64,000 nucleotides of DNA. It comes from Nannocystaceae bacterium ST9 (GTDB lineage: Bacteria > Myxococcota_A > Polyangia > Nannocystales > Nannocystaceae). Location of the stretch: positions 1,541,642-1,605,641 of the forward strand of contig JBLWFJ010000001.1 in the NCBI GenBank assembly GCA_048320885.1. Direction: 5' to 3'. The translations under genes and the position numbers were made by a program. This document shows positions 1 through 7,927 of the stretch, piece after piece. The stretch's first letter is position 1. Each line of letters starts with the position of its first letter. The notes under the pieces were generated by a model. That model searched no databases. It was given only the letters and a program-made list of their open reading frames with translations, and was not told the DNA's origin.

Positions 1-1035
1 CATCGTGCCCTGCACGTCGCCGGCGCTCGACAGCTTCACCGAGCGCTCGACGCTGGCGAGGATCGTGTGCACGTGGGCGTTGGCGATCGGCAGCTTGCTC
101 GGCCCGCCGCCGTACATCGGGTGACCGAAGGCCAGCAGCTTCTCGCCGGCCTTGCCTCCGACCCAGGTGATCGTCCCGTTCGGCGCGGCCCCGTTGTCGC
201 CGGCGATCAGCACGACCGAGACCGAGTCGCCCGGCGTCCACTTGTGGCGCTGACTCGCCGCGGCCGCGACCCCCGACGACGCGCTCGCCCGATGCTTGCC
301 GCCACCGCGGACCGGCAGCAGCCCGGTCGACTCGGCCAGCAGCGCGGCGGCCTCGGCCCCGAGTCCGGCGATGGCCATCGGCGCCCCGATCGGCTCGAGC
401 CCGCCGCTCGGCGCTCCGCTCGGCCCCGGGATCTGCTCGGGCTTCATGCGTGGCGGCAGCGGATCGGTGTTGAGCCCGAGCATGCTGTCGGCCCACGCGA
501 AGCTGCCTTCGCGCCCGGCCGCCCGCGTCACGTGGCCGGGCTGGGCGAACACCTCGGGCCGGTAGGGCAGATCGGCGATCTCCAGCATGTTGGCGATCGG
601 CGTCATCCCGCCCAGCGGATCCTTGTTGAAGCGGTAGCCATAGGCGAGCGCGCCGGCCAGCTTGTCCTCGATGTAGATCGGGCTGCCCGACATGCCGCCG
701 ACGATCCCCGAGTGAACCAGGCGGGGATCCGGCGAGCTGAACAGCACCGCGTCTTGCCCGGTCACGTAGTCGCGGACGACGTCGACGACCTCGATCTCGA
801 ACTTGTCGGGCTTGTCGCCCTCGAACACGGTCAGCGCGTAGCCCCGCATGCCCGGCTTGATGTCGTCGACGGCGATCGTCTCGGGCGTGGCCTGGTGCTT
901 GGCGCCCGGTCGGGCCGCGACCGCGTCACCCATGAACCAAAACGCCGAGGCAAGCCCGACGCACAGGCCGAGCGACGCGCCCACGGTCATCCAGGTCCCG
1001 GAGCGACGAGAGTACGGATCAGGATTCGTTGCCAT
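1..1035 (-). CDS. SpoIVB-like S55 serine peptidase; N-terminus at 1035, C-terminus lies beyond the window start
   Basis: Manual minus-strand translation: ATG at 1035..1033 giving MATNPDPYSRRSGTWMTVGASLGLCVGLASAFWF (N-terminal TM or signal). Downstream is GIVGGMSGSPIYIEDK, which matches the SpoIVB GMSGSP catalytic-serine motif. GC3 codon bias is coherent. It is absent from the ORF track only because the stop is outside the window. Confidence 0.55.
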   Translation of the reverse strand, partial: MATNPDPYSRRSGTWMTVGASLGLCVGLASAFWFMGDAVAARPGAKHQATPETIAVDDIKPGMRGYALTVFEGDKPDKFEIEVVDVVRDYVTGQDAVLFSSPDPRLVHSGIVGGMSGSPIYIEDKLAGALAYGYRFNKDPLGGMTPIANMLEIADLPYRPEVFAQPGHVTRAAGREGSFAWADSMLGLNTDPLPPRMKPEQIPGPSGAPSGGLEPIGAPMAIAGLGAEAAALLAESTGLLPVRGGGKHRASASSGVAAAASQRHKWTPGDSVSVVLIAGDNGAAPNGTITWVGGKAGEKLLAFGHPMYGGGPSKLPIANAHVHTILASVERSVKLSSAGDVQGTM

Positions 1036-1570
1036 GCCGGTCGAGGGCCTCGCGCATGGTCGCGACGAGGTCTTCCTGCGGAGTATAGAAGTATCGAAAG
1101 CGCTTGCGATCCTTGTTGCGCAGCTCGGGATCGAGCTTGCCATTCGAATCGAGGAACATCACCCGCGGGATGTACTGACCGTCGGGCGCGTAGAGGGTCG
1201 CCTCGGGGGTCTGGTCTTGATCGACGTGGACCATCACGAAGCGCTCGGACAGCCGCTCGACCTGCGCGTCCTCGTTGAACACCTGCTTGAGCGCCCGACA
1301 CTTCGGGCACCACGCCGTGTGCACGACCATCATCACCGGCCGGTGATCTCGCTTGGCCTCGCGCAGGCCCTCTTCGAACCCGCGCCAGGCGATGTCGTCG
1401 TTCCAACCATCGGCCGGGACGCTCGCCTTGCGCTTGGGTCCGCTCGCCGCCCGATCGCGCTCGGACTCGCCGGACCCCGCGCTCGCTTCGCCCTCCGGCG
1501 GCGGGACGCAGGCCAGCACGCAAGCGGCGAAGACCAGGGCGAGCCGGGGCGAGTGGGCGGGGACGGCCAA
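1019..1570 (-). CDS. Thioredoxin-fold lipoprotein (WCPKC active site)
   Basis: The C-terminal 183 aa of ORF 1019..2257 contain HTAWCPKCRALKQVF and a lipobox-like ALVFAACVLAC. A TTG at 1570 is the probable start. The stop overlaps the S55 peptidase start by 17 nt. The upstream part of that ORF is R-rich garbage. Confidence 0.6.
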   Translation of the reverse strand: MAVPAHSPRLALVFAACVLACVPPPEGEASAGSGESERDRAASGPKRKASVPADGWNDDIAWRGFEEGLREAKRDHRPVMMVVHTAWCPKCRALKQVFNEDAQVERLSERFVMVHVDQDQTPEATLYAPDGQYIPRVMFLDSNGKLDPELRNKDRKRFRYFYTPQEDLVATMREALDRHGNES

Positions 1571-1614
1571 GCCACGCGAGCCTACCACGGGTTGCGTGAT
1601 CTCGACTGCCCGAC

Positions 1615-2241
1615 TCAGCGAGTCGCCGCGCGCACGCGGGCGACGATCGCCGGATCCGCCCCCCTCACGCTGCCGGCGTCGAAAGGCGGCTGCGGGTCGT
1701 ACTCCATGCCGAGCTGGACGCACTGGGCCAGCTCGGCGTCGTAGAGCTCGGCGATCAGCCGCAGCGCCAGATCGATCCCCGCCGACACCCCCGCGGCCGT
1801 CCACACCTCGCCGTCGACGACCACCCGCTCGTCGGCGACCGGCGTCGCGCCGAACTCCGCGAGCCGCTCGACGAACTTCCAGTGCGTGGTCGCCCGCCGC
1901 CCTCGCAGCAGCCCCGCCGCGCCGAGCAGGAGCGCGCCCGTGCAGACCGACGCGGTGACGCGAGCCGTCGCGGCCAAGCGGCGCAGCTCGGCCAGCAGCG
2001 GCTCGTCGCGCTCGAGCGCCCGCGTGCCCGGACCGCCCGGGACCAGCAGGATGTCGGTGCGCTCGAGCTCGGCGAGCGCTCGATCGGCGTGCAGGCGCAG
2101 CGGGCCGCGGCTGGTCGAGAGCGACCCGACCTGCATGCCGGCGAACTCGACCTCGAGCTCGGGCACCCGGATCAGCGCCTCGTAGGGGCCGATCGCGTCG
2201 AGCGGGGTCGACTCGGCGAAGAGGACCAAGGTGACGTGCAC
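1615..2241 (-). CDS. DJ-1/PfpI family protein (class I glutamine amidotransferase-like)
   Basis: 208 aa with nucleophile elbow SVCTGALLL and LLVPGGPG. Composition is typical of a real protein. Confidence 0.75.
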   Translation of the reverse strand: MHVTLVLFAESTPLDAIGPYEALIRVPELEVEFAGMQVGSLSTSRGPLRLHADRALAELERTDILLVPGGPGTRALERDEPLLAELRRLAATARVTASVCTGALLLGAAGLLRGRRATTHWKFVERLAEFGATPVADERVVVDGEVWTAAGVSAGIDLALRLIAELYDAELAQCVQLGMEYDPQPPFDAGSVRGADPAIVARVRAATR

Positions 2242-2354
2242 GGGCCGAGGCTAGCACTCCGGGCTCGTTCGCGCGCTCACGTCGATCGTCGCTTGCCCCG
2301 GTCGATCGCCCGCGCTAGAGAGCGCGGCGCTGGGAGCCGGCGCGTCGTCCGGAG

Positions 2355-3767
2355 TTGGCCATGTCGTACAAATACATCGTCGAGCAGCAGTCCGCGAATC
2401 ACTACGTGCTCCCGCGGACCGGGTCGATGCATGTCGACGTCCACGCCTTCCTCTCGCCGAGCCTGCTCGAGCAGACTGACGAGGCGCTCTGGCAGCAGGC
2501 CGTCCACTCGGCCAGCTACGAGGGAGTGATCGGCGTCTACCTGATGCCCGACACCCACCTCGGCTACGGCATCCCGGTCGGCGGCGTGGTCGTCACCGAT
2601 GGCACCATCATTCAGTCCGGGTCCGGCTACGACATCTCGTGCGGGGTCGTGTACATGCAGACCCCGCTGCACGCCCGCGACGTCCAAGACTGGGACCGCC
2701 GGGCTCGCTGGGTCGACGAGGTCGAGCGCCGGGTCGCGACCGGGCTCGGCGACCATCGGCCCGACCTCGCCCCCCGCGTCAAATACAAGCAGATCGAGGC
2801 GATCCTGCGCTACGGCGCCAAGCCGCTCGGCGTGTCCGCGGATCTGTGCGAGCGCCAGTACATCCCGATCCCCGACGAGATCGAGCTCGACAAGATCCCC
2901 AAGGCCCACGAGCGCTGCGCCCACCAGCTCGGCTCGGTCGGCGGCGGCAATCACTTCATCGAGATGCAGGTCGACGCGGCCGACGGCTCGGTCTGGGTGA
3001 TGATCCACTGCGGCTCGCGCGGCTATGGCTGGCACACCGCCGATTACTTCTTTCACGAGGGCGCCAAGCTGCGTGGATTGCCTCGCAATCGCCGCGAACA
3101 ATCGCACCTGTTCATCGACGAGCCGCTCGGCCAGGAGTATTGGGCCTATCACAACAGCGCGGCCAATTTCGCGATCGCCAATCGGCATTGCATCGTCGAG
3201 GGCGTGCAGGCGGCCCTGCGCGAGATCTATGCGGTCGAGGGCGAGGTCTATTACGAGATCAGCCACAACCTCGTGCAGGAAGAGACCCTGGTCCTGCCCG
3301 ACGGCAGCCACAAGCGCGGGTTCGTGCACCGCAAAGGCGCGACCCGGGCGTTCCCGGCCGGCCACCCCGATCTGGTCGACACCTGCTGGGAGCAGACCGG
3401 GCACCCCTGCCTGATCCCGGGCTCGATGCTCAGCGGGGCCGCGATCCTGTTTCCGCTGGCCGGCGCGCTGAACTCGGGCTGCTCGGTCAACCACGGCTCG
3501 GGCCGCACGCTCGGGCGCGGTGAGGCCAAGCGCGAATTGCTGGCCCTGCACGACGACATCGATCGCGAGATGAAGACGATCGTCCGCAGCTTCGACGGCG
3601 TCGAGATCACCGGGATCGTCGGCAACACCGAGCGCACCCCGCTCGACGAATGTGGCCACGTCTACAAGGACCTCGACGAGGTGCTCGCGGTGCTCGAGCA
3701 CGAGGGCATCGCCCGAGTCGAGCGGCGGCTCTATCCGGTCGCCAACATCAAGGGCACCGATTCTTAG
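2355..3767 (+). CDS. rtcB: RNA-splicing ligase RtcB
   Basis: 470 aa carrying RtcB motifs LMPDTHLGYGIPVGGV, GGGNHFIE, HCGSRGYG and SVNHGSGR. TTG start at 2355 (ATG at 2361). Confidence 0.9.
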   Translation: MAMSYKYIVEQQSANHYVLPRTGSMHVDVHAFLSPSLLEQTDEALWQQAVHSASYEGVIGVYLMPDTHLGYGIPVGGVVVTDGTIIQSGSGYDISCGVVYMQTPLHARDVQDWDRRARWVDEVERRVATGLGDHRPDLAPRVKYKQIEAILRYGAKPLGVSADLCERQYIPIPDEIELDKIPKAHERCAHQLGSVGGGNHFIEMQVDAADGSVWVMIHCGSRGYGWHTADYFFHEGAKLRGLPRNRREQSHLFIDEPLGQEYWAYHNSAANFAIANRHCIVEGVQAALREIYAVEGEVYYEISHNLVQEETLVLPDGSHKRGFVHRKGATRAFPAGHPDLVDTCWEQTGHPCLIPGSMLSGAAILFPLAGALNSGCSVNHGSGRTLGRGEAKRELLALHDDIDREMKTIVRSFDGVEITGIVGNTERTPLDECGHVYKDLDEVLAVLEHEGIARVERRLYPVANIKGTDS

Positions 3768-3802
3768 TCGCTCGAATGAAAGGATGAACGGGTCAACGTG
3801 TC

Positions 3803-4429
3803 ATGGGCGATCCTCCGAATCCCGCTCGCGTCAACGAGCAATGGAATCCCTACCGAATCGCGGTGATGCAGCGCGAGATCGCGGCGATCCGCGAATTCGG
3901 GGTCTTGAGCGGCGGTTGGGCTTGGCATTTCATGTCGCCGGCCCACGTCGAGTGCAAGCAATTGCACGATCACAAGGACATCGACATATTCGTCTATCCG
4001 CACGCCTTCGCGGCGCTGGTCGGATTGTTGGGTGATCGCGGATATTCGCGAGCCTGGACGCGCTTCGATGATCCGTCCAGCGAATTCATTCGCTTCGCGC
4101 GCTACGTCGAGCAGGCCTGCCCGGCCTGCCTCGAGGATGGTGTGCTGGCCGACGGCGACGAATTCGCCTGCGTCGCCTGTGGCTCGCGCTGGCCCGAGTC
4201 GCCCAGCCGCGTGGTCAAGGTGATCTTGGATCTCTTCGTCGAGGCCGTGCCCGAGCTGGTGCTCGCCGACGGCCACCGCGTGGTCGAGCCGGCCACCTTG
4301 CTGACCTTCTATGGCGACCGGCACAGCAGCGACCGCTGCGTCGCGGTCAAGGCCGCCCGCGAGCTGGTCGCCCGCGGCGAGCCGGTGGTCGGGCACGCCT
4401 CGCTGGTCGGGGTCTGGGGGCTCGACTGA
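3803..4429 (+). CDS. Hypothetical protein with a minimal nucleotidyltransferase-like motif and Cys pairs
   Basis: 208 aa. LSGGWAWHF...HDHKDIDIFV fits the pol-beta NTase pattern G[GS]x9-13 DhDh. Zn-ribbon-like CPAC...CVAC. It lies directly downstream of rtcB. Confidence 0.55.
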   Translation: MGDPPNPARVNEQWNPYRIAVMQREIAAIREFGVLSGGWAWHFMSPAHVECKQLHDHKDIDIFVYPHAFAALVGLLGDRGYSRAWTRFDDPSSEFIRFARYVEQACPACLEDGVLADGDEFACVACGSRWPESPSRVVKVILDLFVEAVPELVLADGHRVVEPATLLTFYGDRHSSDRCVAVKAARELVARGEPVVGHASLVGVWGLD

Positions 4430-4450
4430 GCCCCCGCGCTCGAGCTCGGC

Positions 4451-5767
4451 TCAGTCCCGGCCGATCTCGATCGCCTCGGGCAAGATGCAGCGAACCGTGG
4501 TGCCCTTGTCGGGCTCGCTCTCGATCACGAACTCGCCCCGACACTCGCGCTCGATGATCTTGCGGGCGAGCGGCAGCCCGACGCCGGTGTGCTGATCGTC
4601 CTTCTTGGTCGAGACCATCGGCAGCAGCGCGCGGCGGATCTCTTCGCGATCCATGCCGTAGCCGGTGTCGATCACCGCGATCTCGACCCAGCCACGCCGG
4701 GCGTTGTGGCTGGTTCGCAGCACCACCCTGCCCTTACCCTCGACCGCCTCGATCGCGTTCTTGGCCAGGCTCGACAGCGCCTGGATCAATCGGACGCGCG
4801 GGACGTGCAGGTGGGTGCCGGGTCGAGTGCCGAGGTCGATCTCGAAGCGGACCGCCGCCGGCACGTCGAGCGCGTCGCGGACTAGGCCGACGACCTTGTG
4901 CAGCATCTCGGCCAGGTCGGCGTCCTCGAGCTCGGGCTTGGGATCGTCGACGAGCTTCTTGGTGTCGTCGAGCATCCGCTTGAGGAACTTGGTCCGATCG
5001 AGCGCGATCGACAAGTTGCGCTCCCAGTGCTTCTTGGCCGTCCGGCTGGTCTCGAGGTTGCCCTGCAGCTTGCCGAGCGCGTCGAGCAGGCCGGCGACGA
5101 CCGTGCGCATCTCGTGGGTGGTCTCGTTGGTCAGCAGCTTGTACTTGTGCTCGGCCAGGCGCTCGGCCGCGGCCGCGACCCGCTCGCCGTGCTCGCGACG
5201 CAGACCCTCGAGCTCGCCGTGGACCACGTCGATCTCGTCGGTCTTGCGCTGGTACTCGCGGTCGAGCTCGCGGCGACGATCGGCGGCTTGGCGGGCGGCC
5301 TTGCTGACGTAGTTGTTGTGGTCCTGCTCGAGCGTGCCGGCGATCTGCTCGAAGAGCGGGTGGGTCAGGTGGACCAGGCCGCGACAGATCGCCAGCCTCA
5401 CCTCCCACTTGCCGTCGCCGGTCATCGCCAGCAGGCGCTCGGCGATCGTTCGCACCACGCCCGGATCGGGCTTGGTCTGCAGCTCCTCGATCATCAGCTC
5501 GATCGCGGCCTGCCGATCGCGCCACGACTTGGCCTGCAGACCGACGAGGTAGCTCTGCTCGGCGACCGCCGCGACCTCGGCCGCGGCCGCCCGCGCGCCC
5601 GAGTCCTCGTGCGAGCGCTCGTCGGGCCCCTGCTCGGTCTCGGCCTCGCCCTCGGTCTCGTCGAGCTGCTTGACGTTCTCGTCGAGCGGCCGGGCCTTCT
5701 CGCGGACCGCCCCGCGTGCGCTCTTGGTTCGTCCGCTCGCGCGCCGCTTGGCCACGCGCTCGGTCAA
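4451..5767 (-). CDS. Cytoplasmic sensor histidine kinase
   Basis: 438 aa. H-box NETTHEMRTVVAG, HATPase_c N/G boxes (AKNAIEAV, VIDTGYGMD, GVGLPLARKII). No TM segment. Its stop overlaps the upstream ATPase by 4 nt. Confidence 0.8.
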   Translation of the reverse strand: MTERVAKRRASGRTKSARGAVREKARPLDENVKQLDETEGEAETEQGPDERSHEDSGARAAAAEVAAVAEQSYLVGLQAKSWRDRQAAIELMIEELQTKPDPGVVRTIAERLLAMTGDGKWEVRLAICRGLVHLTHPLFEQIAGTLEQDHNNYVSKAARQAADRRRELDREYQRKTDEIDVVHGELEGLRREHGERVAAAAERLAEHKYKLLTNETTHEMRTVVAGLLDALGKLQGNLETSRTAKKHWERNLSIALDRTKFLKRMLDDTKKLVDDPKPELEDADLAEMLHKVVGLVRDALDVPAAVRFEIDLGTRPGTHLHVPRVRLIQALSSLAKNAIEAVEGKGRVVLRTSHNARRGWVEIAVIDTGYGMDREEIRRALLPMVSTKKDDQHTGVGLPLARKIIERECRGEFVIESEPDKGTTVRCILPEAIEIGRD

Positions 5768-7653
5768 TGTCCGTACCTCCGCTTGCGCTCGAGGAACGCC
5801 TCGGCCCCGCCTTCGAGGATCTGTTCGATCTCGAATTTGACCTTCTCGACGTCGCCCGAGGTCCGCAGCCGGCCGCGCTGGCCGTCGGACTCGGTCACGA
5901 ACACTCGCTCGGCGTCGCCGAGCACCGGGATGTTCGGGTTGTGGGTCACGAAGATCAGCTGGCGGCGATGCTTGACCTCGGCGATGTTGCGCACGACGGT
6001 CTCATAGATGAACGCGTTGTCGAGGTTGTCCTCGGGCTGATCGATCAGCAGCGGACGATCGCTGTCGAGCAGCAAGATCGGCAGGATCGTCGTGCACTTC
6101 TGCCCGGTGCTCAGCGTCGACGCATCCTTGTAGATCCCGCCGTCGCACAGCTCGATCTTCGGGCGATCTTCGAGCTGCAGGGTCTCGAGGTCGAGCAGCA
6201 GCTTGCCGTCCTCGACCGACTTGAGCGCGTCGAGCAGCCACCCGGCCTGCTCGTCGCGGACGTCGAGCGTCGACGCGAGCTCCGAGGCCGCGTTGCGCTC
6301 GACCAGCCGGACCAGCTCGCGCGGCGGCAGCTGCTGCTCGATCTTGCCGACCAGCGTGTTGTACTGGCGGCCCTTGCCCTTGAGCGCGACCCGCAGGCGC
6401 TCGGCGTACTCGGCCCGATCGCCGAACTGGGTGATCGACACGCGAATGTCGGGTTGCAGCCGGGCCGTGATCTCGCGGGCGGTCTGCTGGCGCAGCGCGA
6501 ACATCTTGTCGTGCAGCTCCGAGAGCTTGTCGAGCAGGTCGCCGCGCTTCTTGCCCAGCTCTTGCAGCTCCTTGCGGCGCTGCTCGATCAAGCGGCGCTG
6601 CTCGAGCAGCTCGTTGAGCCGGCCTTGCAGGCGGGCGGCCTCGCGGGCCTGGGCCTGCGCGTCCTGGTGCTTGCGCAGCAGCTCGCCGTAGCGCTGCTCC
6701 TGGCCCGAGTGGGCCTCGCCGAGCTCGCGATCGAGGTCCTCGACCGAGGTCCGAACCTCGTCGATCAGCTTGCGCGCGCTGGCCAGCTGGCCGACCACGT
6801 CGTTGCCGGCCGCCTCGAGCACCATGTGCAGACGTTCGAAGAGCGGCTTGTTCTCGCCCTCGTTGCGCTCGACCAGACGATCGAAGCCACGCACGTTGCG
6901 GATCAGCACCTCGAGCTGCTCGTGCACGCCGGCCATGGTCTCGTCGACCCGCCGCATCATCCGCTTCTCTTGATCGCGCGCGCCCTTGAACGCGACCTCG
7001 CGGTTGATGTCCTCGGCCCGCTCGCCGCCGATGTCGAGCGCGTCGATCCGCTTCTTGATCTCGGGCAGCTCGGTCAGCGCCTCTTCGCGGTCGGAGATGG
7101 CCTGGCGCAGCCGGTGGATGTCGTTGCTGTTCTTCTCGAGGTCGGCGATCAGCGAGCGCCGCTTGGGCTCGATCTCGGCCAGCTCGTCGGCGACGAACTG
7201 ATCGATGATCGCCAGCTGGGCCTTGGGGCTGATCGCGATGTCCTCGATCTGGTGCTGGCTGTAGAAGTCGGCCGCGAACACCTGGCCGCGGTGCAGCGAG
7301 ACCTCGACCGGCGTGCCGCGCTCGTCCGAGACCTCGGGATCGCCCGAGGTCCCGCGCAGCACCCGGTAGGTCATCCCGTCGCGGGTCTCGATCGTCACCT
7401 CGGCCGTCCCCCGATCGAGGTTGGCCTTGATCAGCTTCGAGAGCTGCTGCTCGCGGGCCGGATCGACGCCCGGCATCTGCCCGAGACAGTAGCGAGTCAG
7501 CTCGAGGATCGTGGTCTTGCCGGTCCCGCGCGCGCCGATGATGCAGTTGAGCCCCGCGGCGAAGTCGAGCTCGAGCCCGTCCCAGAACCCACCGTGCACG
7601 GTCAGCTTGCGGATCTTGTGCGAGGCGCGGGGCTCGATCGGCTCGTCGGTCAT
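5764..7653 (-). CDS. SMC/RecF-like ABC-type ATPase with coiled-coil middle
   Basis: Real start is probably the internal ATG at 7653 (MTDEPIEP...); the 92 aa upstream of it in the ORF are low quality. Walker A GARGTGKTT, coiled-coil EEL/RRL-rich middle, signature-like LSTGQKC and Walker B/D-loop LLIDQPEDNLD. Confidence 0.75.
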   Translation of the reverse strand: MTDEPIEPRASHKIRKLTVHGGFWDGLELDFAAGLNCIIGARGTGKTTILELTRYCLGQMPGVDPAREQQLSKLIKANLDRGTAEVTIETRDGMTYRVLRGTSGDPEVSDERGTPVEVSLHRGQVFAADFYSQHQIEDIAISPKAQLAIIDQFVADELAEIEPKRRSLIADLEKNSNDIHRLRQAISDREEALTELPEIKKRIDALDIGGERAEDINREVAFKGARDQEKRMMRRVDETMAGVHEQLEVLIRNVRGFDRLVERNEGENKPLFERLHMVLEAAGNDVVGQLASARKLIDEVRTSVEDLDRELGEAHSGQEQRYGELLRKHQDAQAQAREAARLQGRLNELLEQRRLIEQRRKELQELGKKRGDLLDKLSELHDKMFALRQQTAREITARLQPDIRVSITQFGDRAEYAERLRVALKGKGRQYNTLVGKIEQQLPPRELVRLVERNAASELASTLDVRDEQAGWLLDALKSVEDGKLLLDLETLQLEDRPKIELCDGGIYKDASTLSTGQKCTTILPILLLDSDRPLLIDQPEDNLDNAFIYETVVRNIAEVKHRRQLIFVTHNPNIPVLGDAERVFVTESDGQRGRLRTSGDVEKVKFEIEQILEGGAEAFLERKRRYGH

Positions 7654-7869
7654 CGGGCACGAGGGTACGCCAGATGGGGCCGCGAGGGCGATCTCGGCCG
7701 CTGCGCGGCGCTGGCGGGGGATCTGCTCGGGTTTGGCGGCGCGGCCCGGGCTCGCCGCGGGATCGAGCCCTCCGGTCCGGGGATGGACGAGGCGGGCCGG
7801 GACGACACCGGCAAATCCATACATTCGATTTCCATCGCAATGAAACCGTCGGATATCGACAATGGATCC

Positions 7870-7912
7870 GAATCGTGTGGGGTTGACAATCGAATCGGAT
7901 TCTCTACCGTCG
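7870..7912 (+). promoter_or_regulatory. Candidate sigma70-type promoter for the CHAT-McrB gene in a locally AT-richer divergent intergenic region
   Basis: gggTTGACAatcgaatcggattctcTACCGTcgag: consensus -35 and a weak -10 at about 17 bp spacing, roughly 20 nt upstream of the ATG at 7928. Short direct repeats (gacaatggatccgaatcg / gacaatcgaatcggattc). Confidence 0.25.
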
Positions 7913-7927
7913 AGGCTGGTGGCGAAC

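Noticed and set aside
67-1278. 403-aa + strand ORF (also 296..565, 848..1744, 987..1523)
   Set aside because: Arg/Ala/Pro/Gly-rich low-complexity translation, antisense to the convincingly coding S55 peptidase and thioredoxin genes. Typical high-GC shadow ORFs.
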